A stretch of 64,000 nucleotides of DNA from Candidatus Latescibacterota bacterium (GCA_965197905.1 CBDAOB010000005.1:1440001-1504000), one strand, 5' to 3'; numbered from the stretch's first letter, positions 19,715 through 30,325 are shown. Numbers and translations: made by a program. Notes: generated from the sequence alone by a model not told the origin.

Positions 19715-21409
19715 TTGACGCCAGAACATCTCCGAGCGCTTGTCGAGGGCGGAGAAACACTCGCCGTGGAGTTCAAAGGCGAAGAAGCGGCGGCGTTCAC
19801 GGACCGCGAACTCGTCGAAACGGTCGTCTGTCTCGCCAACCGCAGTAATGACGGTGCTGCGTGGTTGCTGATTGGGGTGGAGGACGACGGCCGCGTGACC
19901 GGAGCTCGACCCCGCCACGAGGCTGGCAGAACCGATCCCATCCGCGTCCAAGCGCTCATCGGAAACCGAACTCGCCCATCCCTGTCCTCTCGTGCCGAAA
20001 TGGGCTCGTTCGACGGGCGGGAGATTCTCATCATAGAGGTACCAGCTCTCCGCCAGCCGGTCGGAACGTCGGACGGACACTACCTGCGCCGGGTCGTCGG
20101 TGGGGACGGCAAACCTTCCTGTGTTCCGTTTCACTTCCACGAGATGCAGTCGCGCCAAGCTGATCTTGGTCTGCTGGACTACTCCGCACTCCGGTTGGAT
20201 GCCGTGGGCATGGATGCGCTGGACCCGCTGGAGTTCGAGCGCTACCGCCGCATGATCCGGGAAAACCGGCACCGTGGAGATGAAGCGCTACTCGGTCTCA
20301 GCGATCTTGAACTCGCCAAAGCACTGGGCGCCGTGGAACACGCAAACGGCGATGTGGCGGTCAGAGTTCTGGGATTGCTGCTCTTCGGTCGAGAGGATGT
20401 GCTGGCCTCAACCCTGCCGGCGCACGAGGTCGCGTTTCAGGTGCTCTCTGAGACCGAAGTGGAAGTCAACGACTTCTTTCGCTGGCCGCTGCTCCGAGTC
20501 ATGCAGGAGTTGGAGGCGCGCTTTCGGGCGCGCAACCGGGAGCGGGAAATCCTCGTCGAGGTGACTCGTATCGGGGTGTCGGATTACCCTGAGCGGGCTT
20601 TCCGCGAGGGCGTCGCAAACGCGCTCACACATCGCGACTACACGCGCCTGGGCGCCGTGCACGTGCAATGGCGCAAAGACCGGCTGGAAATCTCAAACCC
20701 GGGCGGATTCCCGGACGGTGTGCGTCTCGACAACTTGCTTGTGACTCAGCCGCGTCCCCGGAATCCACTGCTGGCGGACGCTTTCAAGCGCGCCGGCATC
20801 GTAGAGCGTACCGCGCGCGGTATCGATACCATCTTCGTGGAACAGATTCGCACGGGTCGTCCCGCTCCGTCCTACGAAAGAAGCACGGAAACGGGCATCG
20901 TGCTGGAATTGCCCGGTGGCGAGGCCAATCTCGGCTTCGTGCGCTTAGTGGTGGAGCAGGGTCGGGAAGGCCATCCGTTTTCCCAGGATGAATTGTTGCT
21001 CCTGAACGCATTGGGGCATCAGCGTCGCATGACGTTGTCCGATGCAGCCACAACGATTCAAAGGGGGGAAGGTGACGTGGGGACCGTCCTGCGAAAGTTG
21101 TCCGAGAGGGGCATCGTGGAGATGCGGGGTACTGCTGGGCGTCAGGTATTCCAACTCTCGGAAGTTACGAGTTTGCGACTGGGCGACCGCACCGACGCAC
21201 GTCGGGGTCGCGCCGAACCCGTCCAACATCACGAGATGGTAGGCCGGTACCTCGAAGATCATGGTTCGATATCACGCAGAGACGTGGCGGAACTCTGCGC
21301 CATCGCCCTCCCCCAGGCGTACAGGCTGTTGAAGAAGATGGAGTCGGAGGGAGTTCTCCGTCGGGTCGGCACTCGGGGAAGAAGTGTTCGCTATGAAAAA
21401 AACACATAA
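19715..21409 (+). CDS. AlbA_2/Schlafen domain + RecG-C/HATPase_c_4 + wHTH protein
   Basis: [56 protein letters not shown]. Confidence 0.85.
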   Translation: MTPEHLRALVEGGETLAVEFKGEEAAAFTDRELVETVVCLANRSNDGAAWLLIGVEDDGRVTGARPRHEAGRTDPIRVQALIGNRTRPSLSSRAEMGSFDGREILIIEVPALRQPVGTSDGHYLRRVVGGDGKPSCVPFHFHEMQSRQADLGLLDYSALRLDAVGMDALDPLEFERYRRMIRENRHRGDEALLGLSDLELAKALGAVEHANGDVAVRVLGLLLFGREDVLASTLPAHEVAFQVLSETEVEVNDFFRWPLLRVMQELEARFRARNREREILVEVTRIGVSDYPERAFREGVANALTHRDYTRLGAVHVQWRKDRLEISNPGGFPDGVRLDNLLVTQPRPRNPLLADAFKRAGIVERTARGIDTIFVEQIRTGRPAPSYERSTETGIVLELPGGEANLGFVRLVVEQGREGHPFSQDELLLLNALGHQRRMTLSDAATTIQRGEGDVGTVLRKLSERGIVEMRGTAGRQVFQLSEVTSLRLGDRTDARRGRAEPVQHHEMVGRYLEDHGSISRRDVAELCAIALPQAYRLLKKMESEGVLRRVGTRGRSVRYEKNT

Positions 21410-21514
21410 AAAGCATAACGTGCGTTTACTAAAAGCACGCGTGCGTTTAAATGCACGCGGTTACATCTGCGTACCGGATCGCGGCAGCAATTTCGACGAG
21501 GAGCGGGACTAGCA

Positions 21515-21920
21515 GTGGCGACCCTTGAAGACTTACAGGCCGGAGTGTTCATCAGAGGGCTGGCACCTGGTGGGGTAGCCAAGGTCGTCCAAATCGAATG
21601 GTTCGGCGACCAGGCTGTCAAGGTTACATATGAGGACGCGACGGGAGCTGTCCATAACCGGCTCGTGTATCGCAACGAGGAGCCCTCGCTCGAGGTCGTG
21701 GCGGCCGGGCGCCCGTGGTCCTTCCCGGCGCCAGGATCGTCAGCCAACAGAAAGCGCATGGGCTGACGCGGCAGCATCTCTCCATAGACCGCCGTGATCT
21801 GGTGTGGCAGTGGCTCAATGCGCGAGGTGTGGATGGCGAGGTAGGGTCGTTCGATGGCGACGGTGCGCTCTTGAGACTTGTCTCCGAGGCCTATCGCATT
21901 CGCCTGGCTCACCTGTTCGA
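21515..21920 (+). pseudogene. SNF2-family helicase N-terminal fragment, internally scrambled
   Basis: MATLEDL..RPWSF, then reverse-strand [31 protein letters not shown], then [24 protein letters not shown]. Confidence 0.8.
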
Positions 21921-23425
21921 TTCAGTCCAAGCTGAGAGCGGCACAGGAGTGGGCCATGTCCTCAGCTGAGATCGAAGCGAAATTGAACGAGGCAGCGTCG
22001 TATCTTAAGCCTGGCAATGATCGCAGCGTCCCCGAGGAAATACACCAGTTCCGCGAGGAATTCGCGGAGCTGCTCGACGAGGCAAAGATCGACCAGTTGG
22101 TGGTGCTGATCGACGACCTCGACCGCTGCCTGCCGGCGACGGCGATCGATACCCTGGAGGCCATCCGGCTCTTTCTGTTCGTGCCGAAGACGGCTTTCGT
22201 CGTCGGTGCCGACGAGGGGATGATCGAATACGCTGTTCGCCACCATTTTCCCAACTTGCCATTGGTCTCGGGTCCAATTCCATACGCCCGGCATTATCTG
22301 GAGAAGCTGATCCAGGTGCCGTTCCGCATTCCTGCGCTCGGCGTCCAGGAGGCACGCACCTATGTCACGCTCCTCCTGGTGGAGGCCCACGTCGGAGAAG
22401 GTCACAAGGGCTTCAACACGTTGCTCGCAAAGGCACGTGAGAGCTTGAATAAGCCATGGCTCGGCGAAGGCATCAGCCAGGCAGACGTGCGCGCAGTCGA
22501 TCCGACGGACGAGCGGCTAAACGGCGCGTTCCTGCTCGCGCAGCGGATCGGACCGATCCTCGCCGAAGGCACCAAGGGCAACCCACGCCAGATAAAACGG
22601 TTCCTCAACTCCCTGTTTGTCAGACTGACAATCGCGAAGGCTCGGGGCTTCGGCGACAGCGTCAACGAAACCGTTCTTGCGAAGCTGATGCTCGCGGAGC
22701 GTTTTCAGCAAGACTTCTACGAGCATCTGGCCGCCGCTACGATGCGCTCTAACAATGGCGAGATCGCGGAACTGCGTGACCTGGAGGCAGCGGTTCAGGA
22801 AGACGGCAAGGCCAAGCCCTCAACCGGCAGCAAGGAAGCAAAGGCTGAGAAACCTGCGGTGCAGCTTGATGAGAGCCGCGAGAAATGGTTCGAGCGGGAA
22901 TGGCTGCGGCGCTGGCTCATGCTTCCCCCAGCACTCGGCGCAGTCGATCTGCGTCCCTATGTCTTCGTCGCCCGCGACAAACGCATTCTCGCCGCTGCAG
23001 GCGAAGTGAGCGACCTCGACAGCCTGATCGAGGCGCTGACCGGTTCTGAGATGGCCGCGCGCAGCGTAGAGCCGCAGGTCAAAGCGCTCACGCAAGGAGA
23101 TTCGAAACACGTGTTTAGCGCACTGAGCGAACGTGCCGTTAGCGCGGGTAGTTTCTCCACACAACCGCCCGGTTTCGAAGGTCTCATGCTCGTCGCTAAG
23201 CACCATCCGCGTTTTCAGACAGAGTTGCTCGAATTACTCGGTAGTGTAGAGCCAAAGATGCTCGGATTCTGGGTGGTCAAGGGCTGGAACGAGATCCTCA
23301 CAGAGCCATCCGCGATCGAGCAGCATCAGGCACTCATGGACCAATGGGCGACCCAGGACGACAACCCAAAACTCAAAACAGCGGCCACCCAAGCCCTTCT
23401 CTCGCTGCAGAAGGCGGTGCACTAA
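21921..23425 (+). pseudogene. qatA: Qat system KAP-family P-loop NTPase, 5'-truncated
   Basis: LVVLIDDLDRCLP, YLEKLIQVPFRIP, GNPRQIKRFLN; no Walker A; directly upstream of qatB. Confidence 0.82.
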
Positions 23426-24315
23426 TGGGGACGTCAGGCGCATCTGGCGGACCCGGCGGAGGAACGCCGCTCGTGCCCTCCTGGCTAGGAGACGTGCCTG
23501 TGGAGCAACTGCCCGGTGGCGACGGCGATGTTCCTCCCTCGGATGGCGACAGCGATGACATTGGGAACGGAGACACCGGAGAAGCTCAGGGCGCTCTACC
23601 ATCCCTGCCGCCGATTCCACCCCCGCCTTCTCCTGCACGGTTCCAGGGTGCGCGACGAAACTTTTCCGTATTCGCGGGTTCGGGTGGTACTGACCGCCAC
23701 GCGTTGCGACGTGCCGCACGCGACTATGTCCGCTCAGGTACAGGTGGCAGTCGCAACGCCACGCAGCGCATGGGCGCATCACGCACAGCTGCTGGCGGAG
23801 CCCTCGGCCTCTTCCGCGGATTCCAGCGCGACGGCGCAAACGCCACCCTGCGGCGTCTCAACCTCAGCAATCTGGCTGGCCGCCCCGTTGCCGATCTGTT
23901 TCTCGGCCTTACCGACGTCATCTGCCCGGATGGCGGCCCCATCGACGAAGGGATAGCGCGTGACGCCTGGCTGGAGACGGTCGCCGATCTTGGCGACCTG
24001 GGTATCGATGACGTCGCCACCCTCACTGCCGGCCAGATGCAGGAGATCTTCCTCGCGTTCGTGGCGCACACTATCGAAACCCGCCTATTCCAGGATATCG
24101 GCGTCAACGGCCTGAAGATCGCGGCAGACGTCGCCGCCATCGAGGCCTTTGAGGCGCAGTTCAGAAGCTATATTCGCCGATCGGTGCGTGATTCATTCTC
24201 AGGTGATCTGAGCGGGCTTGCGACGTTCTCCGATCGCCAGATAGCGACGATCGTCGACCAGACCTACGAGGAGGCCTGGGACCTTCTCGTAACGTGGGGA
24301 GATGCCGAAGAATGA
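23425..24315 (+). CDS. qatB: Qat system protein QatB
   Basis: MGTS N-terminus, LVPSWL, RFQGARRNF, DGGPIDEGIARDA; between the KAP NTPase and the QueC-like gene. Confidence 0.85.
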   Translation: MGTSGASGGPGGGTPLVPSWLGDVPVEQLPGGDGDVPPSDGDSDDIGNGDTGEAQGALPSLPPIPPPPSPARFQGARRNFSVFAGSGGTDRHALRRAARDYVRSGTGGSRNATQRMGASRTAAGGALGLFRGFQRDGANATLRRLNLSNLAGRPVADLFLGLTDVICPDGGPIDEGIARDAWLETVADLGDLGIDDVATLTAGQMQEIFLAFVAHTIETRLFQDIGVNGLKIAADVAAIEAFEAQFRSYIRRSVRDSFSGDLSGLATFSDRQIATIVDQTYEEAWDLLVTWGDAEE

Positions 24316-25679
24316 GACGGCACAGCATCATCGCGCGGCTCGGCCCAAGTGACACGACCCATGTAACGCGCCACATGACGGACTCCGTTGAGACCGAATT
24401 GCGTTTCATCGACGGTCACCGTCGGCTGGCCTTCGGCCTTGGTCAGATGATCGATCAGCTATATGCGCGCGGCATCCGACCCTCGGAAACCGCCGTGGAT
24501 CTCGCTATTCTCGCCGCTTGCGTAACTGCAGCAGACACTCGCATCTCCCGCGTCACGGATTCTCAGGATAGTTGGACCCGGGAGATCGATGTCCATGTCC
24601 CAGTGCGAGACCTAGTAGTGTGGACGGGGGAGGTCGTCGCACTGATTGAACAGACGCTGAAGTTCCTAACCGGCGATCGCTGGCGCGTATTCTTCCGCGA
24701 GCGCCATCTAGACTACCCGGACCTGATCACCAGACCTCGTACCCTGGAGAGGCCGCTGTTTTCTGGTGTTTGCCTGTTCTCGGGAGGCGTCGACAGCTTT
24801 GTCGGCGCGGTCGACCTGCTCGAGGCCGACAAGACACCCCTCTTCGTCAGCCACTACTGGGATCTCAGCACTAGTTCGCAGCAACGCTGTGCAGGAAGTC
24901 TAGGCGAGGCATACGGCAACTTGCGACCGCGGCATGTACGCGCACGCGTGGGATTCGACAGCAGTGACTTCAGCCGCGAAATGGCCTCCGAGCCGACCAC
25001 AAGGGGCCGCTCGTTCTTGTTCTTTGCCCTCGCCACACTTGCTGCCAGCGGGCTCGACGGGCCGCCGACCATCTACGTCCCCGAGAACGGCCTTATCTCT
25101 TTGAACGTTCCACTTGACTCCCTGCGGGTCGGCGCCTGGAGCACGCGGACGACGCACCCCTTCTATATGGCCCGTTGGCAAGCTCTTCTCGGACAGCTCG
25201 GCATCGAGGCCAGCCTCGAGAATCCGTACCGCTTCAGAACCAAGGGCGAGATGCTCTCCGGATGTGGCAACGCGGCGCTCGTAAGGCGACATGTCGGTGA
25301 GACCATATCGTGCTCATCGATCGCGAAGGCGCGCTGGCAGAGCCTTTCGCCCCGGCACTGCGGCTTTTGCGTGCCCTGTCTGATCCGAAGGGCAGCTATC
25401 GTGGCTGCCTTCGGTATAGATCCAACGACATACACGATTGCCGACCTGCTTGCTAAGCCGCGTAACTCACGGAGCCCGGAAGGCGAACACATCCGGGCGT
25501 TCCAGATGATGACCCGCCGCCTTTCACGACTGCCTGACATTGCGGAGATTCTGATTCGCAAATCGGGGCCGCTGTCTGACTACGCTGATGAAGAGATTGC
25601 ACAATATGCGGATGTCCTCCGACGCGGCATCGTTGAGGTTGGCCGCATAACCGATCGCGTAACGGTAGAGCCCCAATGA
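24312..25679 (+). CDS. qatC: Qat system QueC-like protein QatC
   Basis: LFSGGVDS, RGRSFLF, PENGLISLN, TRTTHP, TKGEM, HCGFCVPCLIRR. Confidence 0.92.
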   Translation: MRRHSIIARLGPSDTTHVTRHMTDSVETELRFIDGHRRLAFGLGQMIDQLYARGIRPSETAVDLAILAACVTAADTRISRVTDSQDSWTREIDVHVPVRDLVVWTGEVVALIEQTLKFLTGDRWRVFFRERHLDYPDLITRPRTLERPLFSGVCLFSGGVDSFVGAVDLLEADKTPLFVSHYWDLSTSSQQRCAGSLGEAYGNLRPRHVRARVGFDSSDFSREMASEPTTRGRSFLFFALATLAASGLDGPPTIYVPENGLISLNVPLDSLRVGAWSTRTTHPFYMARWQALLGQLGIEASLENPYRFRTKGEMLSGCGNAALVRRHVGETISCSSIAKARWQSLSPRHCGFCVPCLIRRAAIVAAFGIDPTTYTIADLLAKPRNSRSPEGEHIRAFQMMTRRLSRLPDIAEILIRKSGPLSDYADEEIAQYADVLRRGIVEVGRITDRVTVEPQ

Positions 25680-26470
25680 CGGAGCGGCTACTAGTCAGAG
25701 GCTTCGATCTCCATTGCCACATCGACCTGTCTCCGGACCCGGCGGCGCTGATAGCAATGTGCGAGAAGGACCAGATTGTCGCACTCGCCGTGACGACGAC
25801 CCCTCTGGCCTGGACACAGAATCGGCTATGGGCGGCAGCGAGCCGTTACGTCCATGCCGCTCCCGGCCTGCACCCAGAGCTAGTCGGGGAACGGCATGCG
25901 GAGATTGTGCTGCTCGAAGGCGCTCTTGAGGAGTCTCCCTTCATCGGCGAGATCGGGCTCGATGGCAGTCCAAAACACCGGAATAGCTGGGAGACACAGA
26001 AACAGGTATTCGCCCGGGTATTGTCGGGCGCGCAGCGGCTCGGTGGTCGAATTGTCAGTATCCACAGCCGGCGTGCCGCTCCTGATGTGTTGCGACATAT
26101 CGAAGAGTACACCACCCCAGATCGCGTGTTGCCCGTTCTGCACTGGTTCTCCGGCTCGGTCCCGGTCGCCAAGCGAGCCGTGAGCCTTGGGTGTTATTTC
26201 TCTGTCAATCAACGCATGCTCAGAGGCGCTTCCGGGATGAACTTGATCCGCAATCTTCCCGCGGATAGGCTCCTCACGGAGACTGATGCACCCTTCCCGA
26301 CAGTGGATGACCGTAAGACCAAGCCACACGATGTCGTTACGCTAGTAGAGCGACTAGCGTTCGCACGAGACGTCCCCCTTCTAGAGATGAGGGAGACCCT
26401 CGCTGCGAACACGAGGAAGGTCTTTGCCTTCGCTGGCATTGACACGGTGTTCGACATCAGCCCATCGTGA
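25676..26470 (+). CDS. qatD: Qat system TatD-family nuclease QatD
   Basis: DLHCHID, GLHPE, IGEIGLDG, SIHSR, LHWFSG, LLTETDAP. Confidence 0.92.
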   Translation: MTERLLVRGFDLHCHIDLSPDPAALIAMCEKDQIVALAVTTTPLAWTQNRLWAAASRYVHAAPGLHPELVGERHAEIVLLEGALEESPFIGEIGLDGSPKHRNSWETQKQVFARVLSGAQRLGGRIVSIHSRRAAPDVLRHIEEYTTPDRVLPVLHWFSGSVPVAKRAVSLGCYFSVNQRMLRGASGMNLIRNLPADRLLTETDAPFPTVDDRKTKPHDVVTLVERLAFARDVPLLEMRETLAANTRKVFAFAGIDTVFDISPS

Positions 26471-26737
26471 CGTCCGGCGGCGCGATGAGGAAGGCAGCCG
26501 GGGGCATCCTGGGCGCGAAACGCGCCGTCAGCACCAGGGTGAACAGTGTCGTGTCCAGAACGACGACCCGGATATCCTGGTCGCAGTTCCGGAGAGGGGT
26601 CTATTTTGATCCGACGGGCGGAAGTCCGCTTGACACCGCTTCCGCCTCTGGTGGGCGGTCAGACTTTCGTAAGTCCTTGCTCTGAAAGGTGTTATTCTCT
26701 GGGGCCTGACGGTGAGTGGTTATGAAGAGGGTTGCAC

Positions 26738-26748
26738 GAGGGGAGCCA
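26738..26748 (+). other. Probable att site: tRNA 3'-end remnant GAGGGGAGCCA
   Basis: Acceptor-strand-like 7-mer + G discriminator + CCA, immediately followed by a hairpin at the island edge. Confidence 0.45.
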
Positions 26749-26757
26749 TGTCTATTG

Positions 26758-26799
26758 AATCGCAACCTTCTGTTTCATAGGAGGTTGCGATTTCTTGTT
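26758..26799 (+). terminator. Hairpin AATCGCAACCTTC/GGAGGTTGCGATT with T-rich tail
   Basis: 13-bp stem with one G-U pair. Confidence 0.65.
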
Positions 26800-27249
26800 C
26801 TGCGCCGACAGCACGCTGTTGCACATATATTGCACACTTTTTTCCCGGTTTTACTCTTTGCGCCATGCGTTCTACCACCGCGGACAGGCGCTCATCGCGC
26901 GCACGACCATACACTTCCCAGGGTCATCTTCGCGGTCGAATGACGGGCCTCAAGAGACCATGTCTCGGCTGGCCGAAGCAAAAGTTCAACGGTAGACGAT
27001 CGAGGGCACCGTCGGTATGCTTAGAGAACATCAAGAAGGAAAAATCCGGAGCCACGAAAAACTGCTCGAGGAGTTGGAAGAGCTCAAAGAGGAAGAGCTC
27101 GAGGAGCGTGAGATCAAGGACAATCCGCGAAGATCGGATCCTTTTTAAATCGCTGCGACTCCTTTGATTGTTCAAGAACAGAAAGACTGAAAGCCTGTGA
27201 GGACAACCGCCTGACTCTTGGGAAATTCTATTGTCTTTGGTGATCGCTA

Positions 27250-27621
27250 GTGGCACTAATATTGGTTGTAGACGATTCCCCTATGATTCAGAAGGTAGCG
27301 AAAGCGGTGCTAACCAAGATGGGACACGAGGTGCGCATCGCAGGCGTCGTCAAGAGCGCTCTCACGCGAATTGAGGGGGAGACATTCGACCTCATTTTAA
27401 TGGATCTGAACCTGCCCGACCTGCGGGGTGACGACGCTATTAAGATAATCCGCGAACAAATGAATGTGGAAGTGCCTATAATCGTCTTTTCCGGTGAAAT
27501 CAAGACGGACGTCATGATGAAACTGCAGCCACTGGGAATTTCTGCTTTCGTGGCTAAAGGAGAAGAGTTTGTCTTCAGGCTTAGCGAGGAGGTAGACAAG
27601 GCTCTCGCCAGCGGAAGCTAA
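27250..27621 (+). CDS. Single-domain response regulator
   Basis: ILVVDDS, FDLILMDLNLPD, PIIVFSG, FVAK. Confidence 0.9.
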   Translation: MALILVVDDSPMIQKVAKAVLTKMGHEVRIAGVVKSALTRIEGETFDLILMDLNLPDLRGDDAIKIIREQMNVEVPIIVFSGEIKTDVMMKLQPLGISAFVAKGEEFVFRLSEEVDKALASGS

Positions 27622-27945
27622 TGAAAAACTGCTTGGTAATTTGAATTCGTTTCGTCCCCAAATGTCCTATCATGCCAAGCACCAAGCGTGAAGGCGCCCG
27701 ATTCTAGTTCTGAGCCATGGGGGAAGTGACGGCTTTCCGGTGGCGACGTAGCGGCGTTCCATCGCAGGGAAGCGGTTTGCCGTCGGATATCCGACAAATG
27801 CGGCATTCCCACCAGATCCTGAAAATGTGCACTGACCCCTAAGAAGGCGGTACGAAATCAGGTTGACAGAGCGAGGAAAGGTGCGATCCGCAGCAGGCCA
27901 AGCACCAGAATCAGATCAGTCATAACCTCCCCAAGGGCCTAGAAG

Positions 27946-27973
27946 GAAACGGCACTGACCTCGGTGCCGTTTC
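27946..27973 (-). terminator. Hairpin downstream of the sigma factor gene
   Basis: GAAACGGCAC / GTGCCGTTTC 10-bp stem. Confidence 0.5.
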
Positions 27974-28031
27974 GAGTGGAGAGAGTTAGGTCAGCGCTCC
28001 CCCCGCTCCGGGGCTATGGCGACCTCATCGG

Positions 28032-28883
28032 TTAGACGTCTTCGGCAAGGGGTGTACGCAAGACCCGATGGCGGGACGGGTGGCGCAGATGACTGAGCGC
28101 CCGTTCCTTGATCTGTCGCACGCGCTCGCGGGTCACACCCATGAGGTCGCCGATCTGTTCCAGGGTCAAGGCCTCGCCATCCAAACCGTAGTATAATCTG
28201 ATTATCCGCAACTCGCGCTGATCCAAGCTGTTGAGCACGCTCTCCAACTGGTCCTTGGCCGATTCACACAGGACGTCCGCATCCGGATTAACCTGCGTGG
28301 TGTCCGCCAATATATTCAACAGATGGCGGTCGTCATCCGCTTCGAAGGGTTCGTCCAGAGAGCGCACGGCGCGAGCACTGAGCACGGTTAGGAGCACCTC
28401 CTCCGCTGGGATTTCCAACGCCGCAGCGATCTCCTCAATGCCGGGTTCCGTCTCGCGCCCCTGCCTCAGGCGCTGAGAGGTTTGCGAAATGTTATTGAGC
28501 AGGCTCACCCTATTCATCGGCAACCGCACGGTGCGGGCGTGTTCGGCAATCGTCTGCAGAATGGACTGCTTTATCCACCACACGGCATACGAGATGAATT
28601 TGAACCCCTTGGTGCCGTCAAATCTATCGGCGGCGGTCATCAGCCCGACATTTCCCGCACTGATTAGGTCCGCCAGTGGCAAACCGCGGTTCTGATAGTT
28701 TTTGGCAACGTCAATCACGAAGCGAAGATTGGCGTGCACCAATTCGTCTCGAGCCTGCAGGTCGCCGTCCTGAATGCGGGCCGAAAGTGCCACTTCTCGC
28801 TGGCGAGAGAGCGGTTTGGAGTCGGCGATATCGTCGAAATAGAGCTGCAATGTGCCTTCCCGATCACCAAAGCTGTATTGCAT
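28032..28883 (-). CDS. Sigma-70 factor, RpoD/RpoS-like, lacking region 1.1
   Basis: ANLRFVIDVAKNYQNRG, GFKFISYAVWWI, TLEQIG..VTRERVRQIKERAL. Confidence 0.95.
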   Translation of the reverse strand: MQYSFGDREGTLQLYFDDIADSKPLSRQREVALSARIQDGDLQARDELVHANLRFVIDVAKNYQNRGLPLADLISAGNVGLMTAADRFDGTKGFKFISYAVWWIKQSILQTIAEHARTVRLPMNRVSLLNNISQTSQRLRQGRETEPGIEEIAAALEIPAEEVLLTVLSARAVRSLDEPFEADDDRHLLNILADTTQVNPDADVLCESAKDQLESVLNSLDQRELRIIRLYYGLDGEALTLEQIGDLMGVTRERVRQIKERALSHLRHPSRHRVLRTPLAEDV

Positions 28884-29484
28884 ATAAGTACCTATTCTGT
28901 TGGTTAGAGAAAATTTGCCGAGTTGGTCGCAGCGCCGCGTCGGAGAGGACAGGTGCTCAGTGTTTCGCTAGACAAGTTGGTCATCTGAGTCGCCACGGAC
29001 AATAGTGACCTGACCCTGTTCCTCCAATTGCCGCAGGTCGTCGATCCGAGCCGCTTTTGAGAGCACGGAATGTTTTGAATTAACGTCAAAGCTAGCCGCA
29101 GACTCAAGGTTTCGGTAGTATGATCGCCGCCATGTACGCACCGAACTCCAGCCCTAGTGCTGCTCGGACAAAAAGCGATAAACGCTTTCTGCAATCAACC
29201 TGTTGCCTGCCGGTGTTTGATGGGCATGGTCATAGAAAAGTGGCGTTTCTTGGCGTCGGTGTTCAGATCTAAAGACTGGCAAAAGATCAAGGTAAGGCAC
29301 GTCCAGCTCTCGGGAGAGCGGCGCCAATTGTTGCTGCGGATAGTCGAATAGCATCTGGTCCTCAACCTGAGGGCGAGCTGGGAAACCGATGAGAAATAGT
29401 CGAAAATCATGTTCAACTGATAGGCGTTTCAACTCGGCAAAGAGTGGTCGAATATGCGTCCACATCTGAGGGCTCCAGGCTCCG

Positions 29485-30325
29485 CAAGGCCAATGTCGAA
29501 GATCAAAAGTATTGGCATGGCTCTAGAGCGTTCTTTGCACGTAAGGGCGCCAATGGGGCTCGGAAATCATATGGCACTCACTCAGCGATCCATAGCTGTG
29601 TCTGAATATATTTTATTTAGAAGAGATTCGGGCGAAGGCAATTTAGAGAGTACGCCAAATGTTCTAAAGTTGGCCTATGTCGGATGGACACTTAACCTGA
29701 TCCTTCCCTGCTTGGTAGCCATCTCGGCGCGGATGCGTTGTTGCATGTACCAGGCGGTCTTCTGGTTCAGGTTCAGATCACGCGCTAACTGGCAACTGGA
29801 CAGGCTTTTCTTGGCGTTCACGATCAACGCGATGGCGCACTTAACCTGATCCTTCCCTGCTTGGTAGCCATCTCGGCGCGGATGCGTTGTTGCATGTACC
29901 AGGCGGTCTTCTGGTTCAGGTTCAGATCACGCGCTAACTGGCAACTGGACAGGCTTTTCTTGGCGTTCACGATCAACGCGATGGCGCAGAACCACTTCTG
30001 CAAGGGAAGATGCGTCCCCTGAAACATCGTCTTGGACAAGACATTGAAGCTGGATTTGCAGGCGTGACAGTTCCAGCGCCCGATTACATTCCCTTGCTTC
30101 TTGCGGGCGCACTCCCCGACCGTGCCGCACAAGGGACAAAAGGGCTCATCCCCGAAGCGGACCTGCTCCAGATGAGCAATACAGGATTCCTGCGTCGGGA
30201 ATCTTTCTGTCACGGTTATCAAATTCATTCTCCACCCCTTATTGGTTGTTTTTCTTACACTTAAGATAACCAATAAGGGAGCGGATGTCAAGTCTTAAAA
30301 TACCAATTGCGTTTCGTTTTGCCTT
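29485..30325 (-). mobile_element. IS1595-family remnant; transposase start at 30228, truncated before the DDE core (ends approximate)
   Basis: CPLCG..CHAC zinc ribbon, TMFQGTHLPLQKWF, SSCQLARDLNLNQKTAWYMQQRIR. Confidence 0.82.
29689..29988. repeat. Exact tandem duplication, period 149 bp
   Basis: CACTTAACCTGATCC... starts at both 29689 and 29838. Confidence 0.9.

Larger units (their letters stand above)
1..26800. mobile_element. Composite, decaying genomic island / prophage-like element (left end outside the window)
   Basis: Two recombinase types, primase, phage head module, defence genes and dense pseudogenes; ends at a tRNA-3'-like motif plus hairpin, after which genes are ordinary and mostly intact. 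Confidence 0.8.

Noticed and set aside
24312..25679. Queuosine-biosynthesis queC or Dpd system
   Set aside because: Length and KAP-NTPase/QatB/TatD context identify QatC; no queD/queE/folE/dpdA nearby
26993..26995. Stop-codon recoding (TAG readthrough)
   Set aside because: TAG terminates many clear genes in this window
27622..28030. Possible ncRNA in the intergenic gap (palindrome GTCGGATATCCGAC)
   Set aside because: No recognisable family motif; needs an Rfam search
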